Shown: positions 17,613-27,511, counted from the stretch's first letter. The stretch: DNA of 64,000 nucleotides from Vicinamibacteria bacterium (GCA_964291235.2 OZ219816.1:448001-512000); one strand, 5' to 3'. Notes: generated by a model from the letters alone, not told the origin. Numbers and translations are program-made.

Positions 17613-18635
17613 ATGTACCGGTTTGTTCGTTTCGGAACCCTTCTACTCGTCCTCGCAGCCGCTTCGAACGGGGCGGGACAGTCCCTACCCGAGGTCCATC
17701 TCATCGGCACCGGGGGCACGATCTCCGGGGGCGCGGGAGGGCCGCTGAACGCCGACGACCTGCGCGCGGCCCTGCCCGGCCTGGCCTCCGTGGCTTCGGT
17801 CACGACCGAGGACTTCGTTCGCGTCGGCAGCTCCCGGATGCATCCCGAGCTCCAGTTCGGGCTCGCGGAACGGATCGGCGCCGTATTCGCCGAGCGCCCC
17901 GGGCTCGCCGGCATCGTGGTGACCCACGGGACGGACTCGCTCGAAGAGACCGCCTTTCTCCTGGATCTGGTCCTTCCGTCCGGCCGGCCGGTGGTCTTTG
18001 CCGCCGCGCAGCGGCCGCCGAGGTACGAGGACTCTGACGGACCCCGCAACCTGCTGAATGCGATCCGGGTGGCCGGTTCGGCCAGGGCCCGGGATCTGGG
18101 GGTGCTCGTCGTCCTGAACGGCCAGATCCACGCGGCGCGCGAGGTGAAGAAGACCCATTCCATCGCGCTTCACGCCTTTGCCTCGCCCGACACCGGCCCC
18201 GTCGGCGCAGTGGACGACGGGCAGGTGCTCCTCTTCAGCACCCCGGCACGGCGCCTCCATCTCCCCGCCGGGAGCGTGGAGCCACGTGTGGAACTGGTCC
18301 GCCTGACCGCCGGCGGCGGCGCCGCCGCGATCCGCGGCGTAGCGGAGTCCGGAGCTCGGGGGATCGTCGTGGAGGTCTTCGGCCGCGGCAACGCGCCTCC
18401 TCCCGTCGCCGAGGCGGTCGATGCCGCGATTCAGTCCGGCGCGCTGGTGGTCTTTGCCACCCGCACGGGAGGCGGCCGGGTAGTCCTCGCGGACACCCAG
18501 CGGGAGCGGGGAATCATCTCCGGAGAAGATCTTGACGGCCTCAAGGCCCGCATCCTGCTCACCGTCGCTCTGGGGGCAGGCCGCACCGCGCCGGAGATTG
18601 CCGCCGCGTTTCGAACCCTGGCCGGGGCCGGCTAG
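17613..18635 (+). CDS. L-asparaginase (secreted, type II-like)
   Basis: Signal peptide; TGGTI, HGTDSLEET, AQRP and SDGPRNL motifs. Confidence 0.92.
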   Translation: MYRFVRFGTLLLVLAAASNGAGQSLPEVHLIGTGGTISGGAGGPLNADDLRAALPGLASVASVTTEDFVRVGSSRMHPELQFGLAERIGAVFAERPGLAGIVVTHGTDSLEETAFLLDLVLPSGRPVVFAAAQRPPRYEDSDGPRNLLNAIRVAGSARARDLGVLVVLNGQIHAAREVKKTHSIALHAFASPDTGPVGAVDDGQVLLFSTPARRLHLPAGSVEPRVELVRLTAGGGAAAIRGVAESGARGIVVEVFGRGNAPPPVAEAVDAAIQSGALVVFATRTGGGRVVLADTQRERGIISGEDLDGLKARILLTVALGAGRTAPEIAAAFRTLAGAG

Positions 18636-18668
18636 CCGCGGAGCCCCGGGAACGCCCCCCGCAACGCG

Positions 18669-19589
18669 TCAGCGAAGGACGAGGCGGAGGGGCGGCCCTT
18701 CTCCACGGGACAGGACGACCGCCGCCGGCGGCTCGAGAGTCACGACGGTGTACTCCCCGATGCGGTCGCCGACTCCAACCAGCGCGGTTTCGCCGCGATA
18801 AAAGAGCGCCGCCCGAACCGGCGTCCCGGAGCCGACATCGACGAAGCCGTGAAGCTCCGGAGGAGCGGGCCGGGGTGGCTCCACCGCTTCCGGAGCCGTG
18901 TCGATCAACTCCTCCGGGAGGGTTTCCAGCGGGGGGGGCGGCGGCGCGGCGCCGGGCGCCGCCGCGGCGGCAGAAGCCGCCCGCTCCGGCCCCGCCGCGG
19001 TCGCGGTCGATTCCAGCCACGCGAACAACCGCTCCAGATCCGGATCGCCCGCCAACTGGTCCGCGTCCGCCACGGTGAACGAAGTCGCCGGATCGGGCCA
19101 CCAGACGAACGCCGTAGCGGTGAGCGTCCCGAGCCCGCCCCGGACCGCCAGCGTTGCCCGCTCGGTGCGGAGCGGCCATCCCGTTCCCTCGACAACAGCC
19201 AGGAAACGGGACAGCGATGCCGGGTCTCCGAGCAGCGTCACCCGGGCCTCGGCGCCCAGGGTCCCGGCCGGAGTACGAACTAGCGGTTGGAGCCGTGACT
19301 GAGAGAGTTCCACCCCTTGGCTGTCGGCCGCCTGAAGCAGGAACTCGCGCACCGCTGCCACGCTGGTGGGTGGCGGGGTGCGCTCGGCGAGCCGCTCAAC
19401 CACCCGGTGCAGCCGCCGGCGGCGTTCCCGCTGCTCGGCCGTCGCGGCGCCTGCGCGCGCGAACTGCGTTTGCGCCTGAATTTCGGCGGCGAGGTCCTCG
19501 GACGCCCGCCGCTGCTCACCCCAGACGAACCACGCGATCAAGCCGCACAGCAGGGCGAACAGAACCCGCGGTCGGGGCCGTTCGTCCAT
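18669..19589 (-). CDS. PilO/GspM-like protein with a Pro-rich linker and a PilP/GspC-like C-terminal domain
   Basis: N-terminal TM, coiled coil, ferredoxin-like segment ('LSRFLAVVE'), tail 'VGVGDRIGEYTVV'; third gene of a pilMNO-like operon. Confidence 0.55.
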   Translation of the reverse strand: MDERPRPRVLFALLCGLIAWFVWGEQRRASEDLAAEIQAQTQFARAGAATAEQRERRRRLHRVVERLAERTPPPTSVAAVREFLLQAADSQGVELSQSRLQPLVRTPAGTLGAEARVTLLGDPASLSRFLAVVEGTGWPLRTERATLAVRGGLGTLTATAFVWWPDPATSFTVADADQLAGDPDLERLFAWLESTATAAGPERAASAAAAAPGAAPPPPPLETLPEELIDTAPEAVEPPRPAPPELHGFVDVGSGTPVRAALFYRGETALVGVGDRIGEYTVVTLEPPAAVVLSRGEGPPLRLVLR

Positions 19590-19593
19590 ACCG

Positions 19594-20133
19594 CTACGGA
19601 CGCTCCGCCGTGAGTTGGGCGGTGATCCGGACGAGCGTCGCACCGTCCGGCTGGCGAGTCTCGCTGATGACGTGTGTGGAATGAACCGATTCGTGGTCCG
19701 CCAGCTCCGCCAGAAAACGAGCCACGGCCGCGGGCGAGTCCGCACCCGCGGCAATCACGGCATCCAGCCCGCCTTGGCCGGAACCGGGACGAACCTCGAT
19801 CCCGGCGATCTGGATGCCGGGGGGCGCCGCTCCCCGCACGGTGTCGAGCGCCGCACTGACGCGGGGGGTGTCGAGCACACCGGCGAAAAGCAGGACAGCG
19901 GCCTCCCGGGCGCTTCCCGGTTCCAGCACCGGCGACGAATCACTCCCCTCGGCCAGCGAGGATCCGGGGGCCCCCGAGGTCTCCAGAGCCTCCCGGTCGG
20001 CGTACGCTTTCCAGAGCGAAACGCCGCCCCAAAGAGAGATCGCGAGCAGTCCGAGAGCCAGGATTTCGAGCGCCCGGACGAGGCCCGGGCGAGCGCCCTT
20101 CCCGAGTTGGATGCCCACCGGAATTCGAGCCAC
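19594..20133 (-). CDS. PilN-like protein
   Basis: GTG 20133 directly after the upstream stop; one TM, then 'LDTVRGAAPPGIQIAGIEV...AVARFLAEL' PilN-like pattern. Confidence 0.55.
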   Translation of the reverse strand: MARIPVGIQLGKGARPGLVRALEILALGLLAISLWGGVSLWKAYADREALETSGAPGSSLAEGSDSSPVLEPGSAREAAVLLFAGVLDTPRVSAALDTVRGAAPPGIQIAGIEVRPGSGQGGLDAVIAAGADSPAAVARFLAELADHESVHSTHVISETRQPDGATLVRITAQLTAERP

Positions 20134-20135
20134 GA

Positions 20136-21071
20136 CTAGGATCCGGGAACGGCGACCGGGGCGGATTCGAGTGGAGCGGGCCGGTCGCCTACCCGCCGGA
20201 GGAGGGCCGCCAGCGCCTGGTCGGTCACCGGACACACCGCGGAAGACACTCCCTCTTCGCCGGCGTCGCGAACCTCGATCAGCGCGTGGCCGGCCGAGCC
20301 GAGGACCTCGGCGGCGGCGGATGCGCCTTCCCCCCAGATCGCCACGGGACGCTTCCGGCCCTCGGTGGCGCGGCGGACCGCGAGCGCCGGGGGCTCGGGA
20401 TCCAGCGCCGCGCGGAGTTTCATGCGGAAGCCGGTAAGACGCTGCCCGGAGGCGGCGGCAAGCACGAAATGCTGCCGGTGCAGCAGAAGGAGCAGCCGTG
20501 GGCCAGACGTGTCCGCCGCCCGTACCAGCCACTCCGGAAGCACCGCGAGGCTGGTGGCGTCCACCCAGCGCACCCGAAGCCCGGCCGCCTCCGCCGCTGC
20601 CTCGTACTGCTGGACGACCGGCGAACCCGTCACCGCGCCGAGTACGGAGCGGCGCCCGAAGGCACCCGAAGCCATGGTTCCGAATCGGAAGCGTCCATCC
20701 ACGTCCGGGGAGGCGGCGCCCGCACTCGTGGTCAAACCGCGGACGAGTTCGGTGCGCAGTCTCCTGGCGGCTCCCGAACCCGCGGCCGCGGACAAAGCGG
20801 CGTGGGCAGCCCGATCCGGCAGCGCAATCACGGCGTCGCCGAACCTGTCGCCGGAAGAGCCAAGGATCCGGATGGCAGCCTGAACCGCGCGCGCCGCTTC
20901 CACCGAGGAAGCCAGATTGGCCTCGGTGGGTGACGGCTTCAGGAAATCCGCCGGCAGACCCCAGCGTACCCAGCGGCCATCGGTGGTGCGGGCGAGAAGA
21001 TGATCTTCCCGAAACGTGATCGCGACAGCCCCGCGCCCGCGGCCGGGGTGAAGGAAGGACAGCGGGGACAA
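20136..21071 (-). CDS. PilM/GspL-cytoplasmic-like protein
   Basis: 'LKPSPTEANL', 'AVIALPD' and 'VVQQYEAAAEAAGL' resemble actin-fold PilM homologues; operon context. Confidence 0.55.
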   Translation of the reverse strand: MSPLSFLHPGRGRGAVAITFREDHLLARTTDGRWVRWGLPADFLKPSPTEANLASSVEAARAVQAAIRILGSSGDRFGDAVIALPDRAAHAALSAAAGSGAARRLRTELVRGLTTSAGAASPDVDGRFRFGTMASGAFGRRSVLGAVTGSPVVQQYEAAAEAAGLRVRWVDATSLAVLPEWLVRAADTSGPRLLLLLHRQHFVLAAASGQRLTGFRMKLRAALDPEPPALAVRRATEGRKRPVAIWGEGASAAAEVLGSAGHALIEVRDAGEEGVSSAVCPVTDQALAALLRRVGDRPAPLESAPVAVPGS

Positions 21072-21409
21072 GACTCCGACCGGGAAACCGATTTAGCCTA
21101 GCAGCCGGTGGTGAAACGCACGTAAGCGCCGAGAGCGGGGAGGCGGCAGTTGCGGGAGCCGGCAGCTCGTCAAACCCGCCGCGCCGGACAGCGTTTTGGG
21201 TGGTAGGATGGAAGATCGGGCTGCGGGCCTTGTCCGTCCGCGCAGGCGAGCGCGGGGATCATTCGCCCGCGTGGTCATCGTCCGAACGAGTTCCAGCGCT
21301 CCAAGCCGGCGCCGGTTGTTCGGCACCCGGTCGGAACACCGGGATCCGAACGATCTCCGAACGTTCCGGTGCAGAGCAAATCCCCAACGAGCCCACAATC
21401 TGGAGAAGC

Positions 21410-23476
21410 ATGCGCGACTATCAGACCGCCGAACTTCGCAATCTCGCCGTGGTCGGACACGGAACGTCCGGGAAGACGACGCTCGTCTCGGCCCTCCTCT
21501 ACACCGCCGGCGCTGTCACGCGCCTCGCCCGCGTCGAAGACGGCAACACGACGACCGATTTCGATGAAGACGAAATCGAACGCGGCATCAGCCTGAACGC
21601 GGCACCCACCCATTTCGAGTGGGACGGCGTCAAGATCAACCTCCTGGATACACCGGGATACAGCAATTTCCTCACCGAGGCGAAACTGGCCATACCGGTC
21701 GCCGATGCCGCGCTCATCTCGGTTTGCGCTGTAGATGGGGTAGGTGTCAACACGGAGCGGGTCTGGAAGTTCGCGCAGGACAACCGCGCGGCGGCGATCT
21801 TTGCCATCACCCGCATGGACCGCGATCGGGCGTCGTTCGAACGCGCGCTGGGATCGATCCGGGAGACTTTCGGGCGTACGGCGATCCCCGTCCAGCTCCC
21901 GATCGGAAGCGAATCCGGGTTCTCGGGGGTGGTGGACCTCATCACCCTGAAGGCGATCAGCGGCCCGGGACCAGACGGCAGCGGGGCCACGAGCGGCGAC
22001 GTTCCCGCCGAACTGCGGGAGCCGGCGGAGGCCGCCCGCAACGAACTCATGGAAATGATCGCCGAGTCGGACGAAGAGCTGCTGGATCAGTTCTTCAGCG
22101 AGGGAGAGCTGACCGCCGAGGAAATGACCCGGGGCCTCAAGGCGGCCGTCGCCGCCCGGGCCATCTTCCCGGTGGTGGCGGCGACCGGAGCGCACAACGT
22201 CGGCACCACGGCGCTCCTCGACCTGATCGTCGCCGCCACGCCGGATCCGACCGGGCGCGGACCGGCTCGGGGAGTGAACGCGGAAGGGGAGCCGGTGGAG
22301 CGCGAGGTCGCGGACTCCGCAGCGACCAGCGTCTATGTGTACAAGACCATCGCCGACCCCTTCGCCGGACGGCTCAGCCTGTTCCGGGTGATGACGGGCA
22401 GTCTCGATGCCGACACCCAGATGAAGAATCTGACTACCGGCGGCAGCGGGCGGACAGGCGGCGTGAACGTCATGAACGGGAAGACGATGGAGACTGTTTC
22501 CAGGCTGTCGGCTGGCGATCTCGGATGCTTCGCCAAGCTTCGGGACACCTTCACGGGAGACACCCTGGGCTCGGACGACGGGATCCGTTTCGTGCGCCCC
22601 GAGGTGCCGCAGCCCGTCATCGGCTTCGCCATCGAGCCCAAGTCCCGGGGCGACGAGGAGAAGATCTCCCAGGCGCTCCAGCGGCTGCGCGAAGAAGACC
22701 TGACCCTGAGATTCGATCGCGACCAGGAACTGCTGCTCTCCGGGACCGGGCAACTCCACATCGAGGTGGTGGTGTCGCGCCTGAAGCGGAAGTTCGGCGT
22801 CGAGGTGGACCTGAAACCGCCGCGAGTGCCGTACCGCGAGACGATCACGGTGGCCGCGGAGGCTCACGGCAGGCACAAGAAGCAAACCGGCGGGCACGGT
22901 CAGTTCGCCGACTGTCACGTGCGCGTCGAGCCGCTCGAGCGCGGCCAGGACTTCGAATTCGCAAGCGCGATCGTGGGTGGCGCCATCCCGCGGCAGTTCA
23001 TCCCGGCTATCGAGAAGGGATTCCAGGAGGCCCGGCAGAAGGGCTACCTCGCGGGCTACCCCGTCGTGGACTTCAAGGCCACGGTTTTCGACGGGAAGTT
23101 CCACACCGTCGATTCGTCGGAGATCGCCTTCAAGATCGCGGCATCCATCGCGTTCAAGGACGCCATGGCCAAGTGCCGCCCCACCCTCCTGGAGCCGATC
23201 ATGTCGGTGGTGATTACCGTTCCGGACGAGAACACGGGAGATGTCCTCGGCGATCTGAACTCCCGGCGTGGCCGCACCCAGGGCATGGACCGGAAGGGCT
23301 CACAGACTGCCATCACCGCACAGGCGCCGATGGCCGAAATGCTCACCTACGAGCCGACGCTGACCTCTCTGACCGGAGGACGTGGGGGCTTCCACATGGA
23401 GTTTTCCCACTATGACCCGGTCCCCGGGAATCTCGCCAAGGCGTTGATCGACGCCCACCAAACACGGAACGACTAG
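21410..23476 (+). CDS. Elongation factor G-like protein (EF-G2 paralogue)
   Basis: GGAG RBS plus ATG 21410; GHGTSGKTT, ERGISL, DTPGY, TRMD, GQLH.EV and KKQTGGHGQF; five-domain EF-G layout. Confidence 0.93.
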   Translation: MRDYQTAELRNLAVVGHGTSGKTTLVSALLYTAGAVTRLARVEDGNTTTDFDEDEIERGISLNAAPTHFEWDGVKINLLDTPGYSNFLTEAKLAIPVADAALISVCAVDGVGVNTERVWKFAQDNRAAAIFAITRMDRDRASFERALGSIRETFGRTAIPVQLPIGSESGFSGVVDLITLKAISGPGPDGSGATSGDVPAELREPAEAARNELMEMIAESDEELLDQFFSEGELTAEEMTRGLKAAVAARAIFPVVAATGAHNVGTTALLDLIVAATPDPTGRGPARGVNAEGEPVEREVADSAATSVYVYKTIADPFAGRLSLFRVMTGSLDADTQMKNLTTGGSGRTGGVNVMNGKTMETVSRLSAGDLGCFAKLRDTFTGDTLGSDDGIRFVRPEVPQPVIGFAIEPKSRGDEEKISQALQRLREEDLTLRFDRDQELLLSGTGQLHIEVVVSRLKRKFGVEVDLKPPRVPYRETITVAAEAHGRHKKQTGGHGQFADCHVRVEPLERGQDFEFASAIVGGAIPRQFIPAIEKGFQEARQKGYLAGYPVVDFKATVFDGKFHTVDSSEIAFKIAASIAFKDAMAKCRPTLLEPIMSVVITVPDENTGDVLGDLNSRRGRTQGMDRKGSQTAITAQAPMAEMLTYEPTLTSLTGGRGGFHMEFSHYDPVPGNLAKALIDAHQTRND

Positions 23477-23485
23477 TCCGGACGA

Positions 23486-23537
23486 AGAAGCGCCGGCCTC
23501 TGGCCGGCATCGCGGCCGCAGGCCGCGTAACTTCCTG
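23486..23537. repeat. Single REP arm, near-identical to 756-807
   Basis: AGAAGCGCCGGCCTCTGGCCGGCATCGCGGCCGCAGGCCGCG, located 10 nt after the EF-G2 stop. Confidence 0.8.
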
Positions 23538-23771
23538 TCCTGATCACTCCCCACTGCGCTGACCCAGTCGGGGACGGCGCGACGTTCTTCGCCCGCCTGA
23601 GTCGCGTTGCGCCACGGAGTTGGGCTGCGGTGCGGCAGGGAACATCAGCGACGGGAGTTCGCCACCGTCAGGACACCGGGGTGAGCAGGATCCGGCTCCG
23701 GTCCCGTATTGCCGGCCCGGTTCTCCCGGCGGGGGCTCCCAGGCGGGGGTTACGGAGCTGGCGTTGCCGAG

Positions 23772-24125
23772 CTAGTCGACGAACTCGATGCGCGCCATCG
23801 GAGCGCCGTCGCCCCGGCGCGGCCCGAGCTTCAGGATCCGCGTGTAACCACCGGGGCGCTCGTGAAACCGCGGCGCCACTTCGCTGAAGAGATGGCGGAC
23901 CACCTGCTTCCGCGGGAGGATCTGAAGCGCGCGGCGCCTCGCCGCCAGATCAGACCGGCGTCCCAGGGTAACGAGCCTCTCGACGAACGGGCGCACCTCC
24001 TTGGCCTTGGCCACGGTGGTCCGCAAGTGTCCGTGTTCGATCAGGGTGGCGGCCAGATTCCTCAGCAGGGCCCGCCGGTGCGATGGCCGGCGACCGAGCT
24101 TGCGGTGTGCCATCTGGTGACGCAT
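23772..24125 (-). CDS. rplQ: 50S ribosomal protein L17
   Basis: MRH...RKLGR..SHR.ALLRNL; [10 protein letters not shown]. Confidence 0.98.
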   Translation of the reverse strand: MRHQMAHRKLGRRPSHRRALLRNLAATLIEHGHLRTTVAKAKEVRPFVERLVTLGRRSDLAARRRALQILPRKQVVRHLFSEVAPRFHERPGGYTRILKLGPRRGDGAPMARIEFVD

Positions 24126-24126
24126 T

Positions 24127-25074
24127 TCAGTTCTGTCCCATTCCCAGCTTCAGACCGAGACCTTCGAGAATCCGCTCCACTTCCTCGATGCTCTTGCGTC
24201 CGATGTTCCGCTCCCGCAGCAGTTCCGCGTCGGTCTTGACGACGAGGTCGCCGATCGTCGCTATGTCGGCGTTCCGCAGGCCGTTGTACGCCCGCACCGA
24301 GAGCTTGTCCGCATAGTCGTCGATGGAGGTGTTGCAATGCAGCTCGTAAGCCTTCTGCTCGTCGCTAATGACGACATCTTCCGTCGCTTCGCCTTCGCCG
24401 CCGACAAAGATCCCCAGCATCTCCCGCAGTAGCCGGGCCGCGGTGGCGACCGCTTCCTGGGGCCGGATCGAACCGTTGGTCTGCACGTCGATGACGAGCT
24501 TGTCGAGGTCCGTGTCCTGGCCGACGCGCGCCGGCTCAACCTTGTAGTTGACCTTGCGGACCGGCGAATGGGTCGAGTCGAGCGGGATGTAGCCAACCTC
24601 CAGGTCAGTGTCGCGGTTCCGCTCCGCCTGGATATAGCCACGACCGTTCTTGACCCGCATTTCGATGTCCAGCTCGGCCGCCTGGGTAATGGTTGCCAGG
24701 TGGACGTCGGGATCCAGAATTTCGACGTTGGGGTCGGTCTCGATGTCCCCCGACGTCAGAGAGCCTGTTTTTCTGCCCTTGAGCCGGATGGTCCTCGGCT
24801 GCGTCCCATGGACACGCAGAGGGATCCGCTTGATGTTCAGGATGATGTCCAGAGTGTCTTCCTTGACTCCCGGAATCGTCGACATTTCGTGCTGCACGCC
24901 GTCGAATTTGACCGCCGTGACCGCGGCGCCCTGAATGGAAGAGATCAACAGACGCCGCAGCGCATTGCCGATGGTGACTCCATAGCCCCGCTCAAAGGGG
25001 TGAGCAGAAAACCGACCGAAGTCGTCGCTGCTGGTTTCGATGTTGAGGCCGCTGGGCCTCCGAAGTTCTGACAT
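24127..25074 (-). CDS. rpoA: RNA polymerase subunit alpha
   Basis: [16 protein letters not shown] and [19 protein letters not shown] motifs; start at ATG 25074. Confidence 0.97.
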   Translation of the reverse strand: MSELRRPSGLNIETSSDDFGRFSAHPFERGYGVTIGNALRRLLISSIQGAAVTAVKFDGVQHEMSTIPGVKEDTLDIILNIKRIPLRVHGTQPRTIRLKGRKTGSLTSGDIETDPNVEILDPDVHLATITQAAELDIEMRVKNGRGYIQAERNRDTDLEVGYIPLDSTHSPVRKVNYKVEPARVGQDTDLDKLVIDVQTNGSIRPQEAVATAARLLREMLGIFVGGEGEATEDVVISDEQKAYELHCNTSIDDYADKLSVRAYNGLRNADIATIGDLVVKTDAELLRERNIGRKSIEEVERILEGLGLKLGMGQN

Positions 25075-25108
25075 ATGCGCCGTCCCTATCCTTTCCTTTT
25101 CTTGCCCG

Positions 25109-25741
25109 TCAGCGCGAGTACAGCTCGACAATGAGCTGGTCGCGAATCTTTAGTTGGGGGTCTTCGCCGGAGGGGAGCGTGACAACCCTGCCCGACGCCA
25201 TGTCATCTGCCTCACGCTGAAGCCATTCGGGAACCGTCCGACTCTCAGCGCTCTCCATGATCTGTTTGAAGAAATCCTTCTTGCGCGTCTTGTCGCACAC
25301 CCGGATCACGTCACCTTCGTTGATGATGCTGGACGGAATGTCCACGCGCTTTCCGTTCACCTCGACGTGCCCGTGCCGGACAAAGAGCCGGGCCGAGGCG
25401 CGTGAGGAAGCGAGACCGAGTCGGTAAACCGTGTTGTCGAGCCGTCGCTCGAGCAGTTGGAGCAGGAATGTGCCGGTCACGGCCCGTTCACGCTCTGCAC
25501 GCTCGAAATAGAGGCGGAACTGACGCTCGAGCAAACCGTAGGCGCGCTTCGCCTTCTGCTTCTCGCGAAGCTGAAGTCCGTAGCCCTGAACACGACTGCG
25601 ACGTGTCTTGCCGTGGGCTCCGGGTGCGAAGTTGCGTTTGTCAATAGCGCACTTCGGGCTGAGGCAGCGGTCGCCCTTCAAAAAGAGCTTGGCCCCCTCC
25701 CGGCGACAGAGCCGGCAGACGGGACCGCGATATCTGGCCAA
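25109..25741 (-). CDS. rpsD: 30S ribosomal protein S4 (Zn-binding form)
   Basis: ARYRGPVCRLCRREG, QLREKQK, LERRLDN; TTG start with GGAGG RBS. Confidence 0.98.
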   Translation of the reverse strand: MARYRGPVCRLCRREGAKLFLKGDRCLSPKCAIDKRNFAPGAHGKTRRSRVQGYGLQLREKQKAKRAYGLLERQFRLYFERAERERAVTGTFLLQLLERRLDNTVYRLGLASSRASARLFVRHGHVEVNGKRVDIPSSIINEGDVIRVCDKTRKKDFFKQIMESAESRTVPEWLQREADDMASGRVVTLPSGEDPQLKIRDQLIVELYSR

Positions 25742-25750
25742 GATCTCCTC

Positions 25751-26701
25751 CTAACAGCCTGTGGACAACGCCTGGCTGCAATCGCTCGCGGCGCAAGGCG
25801 CCGCGAGGGTGGGGTGTGGGGAGGGGTTTCCCCTCCCCGCGAAAGTGGGGGGCGCGGAACGCGCCATCACCCCGTGGGGAAAGCGCCCCGCACGTACGAC
25901 GACCGCCAGGCTGGGCGTACGTGCCGTCCTGCGTCCGGTGCGGGGCGTTTTTTCCACGGGTTTCGCGGCGCACCGCGCCGCGGGGGTGGGGTGTGGGGAG
26001 GGGTTTCCCCTCCCCGCGAAAGTGGGGGGCGCGGAACGCGCCATCACCCCGTGGGGAAAGCGCCCCGCACGCACGACGACCGCCGGGCTGGGCGTACGTG
26101 CCGTCCGAGGTCCGGTGCGGGGCGTTTTTTCCCGGTCGCGGCGCACCGCGCCGCGTGTGGGGAGGGGTTTCCCCTCCCCACGAAAGAGGGGGGCGCGGAA
26201 CGCGCCATCACCCCGTGGGGAAAGCGCCCCGCACGCACGACGACCGCCGGGCTGGGCGTACGTGCCGTCCGAGGTCCGGTGCGGGGCGTTTTTCCACGGG
26301 TTGTTAATTCGCTTCTTGGGTGGCCGGCACCCGTTATGCGGAATCGGGGTGACATCCTTGATCGACCTCACCTCGATACCGGCAGCCGCTATGGCGCGGA
26401 TCGCGGCTTCGCGTCCGGCGCCAGGGCCCTTCACCTTGACGTCCACGTGGGTGCAGCCGCGCCCGCGGGCTTCGCGTGAGGCCGCACCGGCAGCCTGCTG
26501 CGCCGCGAACGGCGTCTGCTTCCTCGACCCCTTGAAGCCCTGCGATCCGGCGGTGGCCCAGCAGACCACGTTTCCGGCGGGGTCGGCGAACGTGATGATC
26601 GTGTTGTGGTACGTCGCCTGGATCGACACGACACCCGCGGTCAGCGTGCGCTTCTCGCGCTTCTTCCCGGTCCGGCGGCGCGCTGTCTTCTTCTTTGCCA
26701 T
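25751..26701 (-). CDS. rpsK: 30S ribosomal protein S11 (core 26306-26701, 132 aa), read through as sequenced into a 184-aa repeat-derived tail
   Basis: [41 protein letters not shown]; no in-frame stop until TAG at 25751-25753. Confidence 0.9.
   Translation of the reverse strand: MAKKKTARRRTGKKREKRTLTAGVVSIQATYHNTIITFADPAGNVVCWATAGSQGFKGSRKQTPFAAQQAAGAASREARGRGCTHVDVKVKGPGAGREAAIRAIAAAGIEVRSIKDVTPIPHNGCRPPKKRINNPWKNAPHRTSDGTYAQPGGRRACGALSPRGDGAFRAPLFRGEGKPLPTRGAVRRDREKTPRTGPRTARTPSPAVVVRAGRFPHGVMARSAPPTFAGRGNPSPHPTPAARCAAKPVEKTPRTGRRTARTPSLAVVVRAGRFPHGVMARSAPPTFAGRGNPSPHPTLAAPCAASDCSQALSTGC
25755..26303. mobile_element. 549-bp MITE-like element with TIRs and three tandem palindromic units
   Basis: Ends CTAA|CAGCCTGTGGACAACGCC ... 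GGCGTTTTTCCACGGGTTG|TTAA; units start at about 25786, 25963 and 26136; spacing of the GAGGGGTTTC core is 177 and 164 bp. Confidence 0.85.
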
Positions 26702-26724
26702 GTGGTGTTCCCTATCCCTTCAGC

Positions 26725-27090
26725 TCAGCGCCGGCGCATTCCGACACGACGAGGGCCGCGTCGGGTCCGGGAGTTCGTTTTCGTGCGTTGCCCCCGCGCG
26801 GGAAGTCCGCGACGGTGACGAAGCCCGCGATAACAGCCGATGTCCATAAGGCGCTTCAGGTCCATGGAAATCCGTTTCCTCAGATCTCCTTCGACGCCGC
26901 CTTCGTCGTCCATGACCCGGCCGATGCGGCTCACCTCTTCCTCGGTCAGATCGCTGACGCGCCGGTGGGGCTCGATCCCGGCCTTGCCCAGGATGGTCAC
27001 CGCCCGGTGCGAACCCACTCCGTAGATGTAGGTCAACCCGATGTCGATGCGCTTGGCGCGCGGCAGGTCAACGCCGGCAATTCTGGCCAT
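26725..27090 (-). CDS. rpsM: 30S ribosomal protein S13
   Basis: [38 protein letters not shown]. Confidence 0.98.
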   Translation of the reverse strand: MARIAGVDLPRAKRIDIGLTYIYGVGSHRAVTILGKAGIEPHRRVSDLTEEEVSRIGRVMDDEGGVEGDLRKRISMDLKRLMDIGCYRGLRHRRGLPARGQRTKTNSRTRRGPRRVGMRRR

Positions 27091-27165
27091 CGGTCAGTCC
27101 CTCGCTGTTCCCATCGTCCGGCTCGGCCGGCAGGGAATTCCGTTCAGAGATGCGATCACGATCTG

Positions 27166-27279
27166 TCACCCCTGACGCTGCTTGTGTTTCGGGTTTTCGC
27201 AGATCACCCGCACCACTCCGCGGCGGCGGACAATCTTGCACTTGGCGCAGATGCGCCGAACCGAGGCGCGAACTTTCAT
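27166..27279 (-). CDS. rpmJ: 50S ribosomal protein L36 (missing from the ORF track)
   Basis: Manual translation [37 protein letters not shown]. Confidence 0.97.
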   Translation of the reverse strand: MKVRASVRRICAKCKIVRRRGVVRVICENPKHKQRQG

Positions 27280-27289
27280 GTTGCCGCTC

Positions 27290-27511
27290 CTACTTGCACC
27301 GATAGACGATCCGGCCGCGGCTCAGATCGTAGGGAGAGAGCTCCACCAGGACGCGGTCTCCCGGCAGTACCTTGATAAAGCTCTTCCGCATCTTGCCCGA
27401 TACGTGGGCGAGCACCTTGTGGTCGCCGGTATCGAGCTTCACCCGGAACATGGCGTTGGGCAGAGGCTCCATAACGATGGCCTCCACAGAAATGGCGTCT
27501 TCCTTAGACAT
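27290..27511 (-). CDS. infA: Translation initiation factor IF-1
   Basis: [35 protein letters not shown]. Confidence 0.98.
   Translation of the reverse strand: MSKEDAISVEAIVMEPLPNAMFRVKLDTGDHKVLAHVSGKMRKSFIKVLPGDRVLVELSPYDLSRGRIVYRCK

Noticed and set aside
25755-26303. Array of three repeats as a possible CRISPR
   Set aside because: The units are about 165-177 bp and near-identical throughout, with no unique spacers and no cas genes in the window
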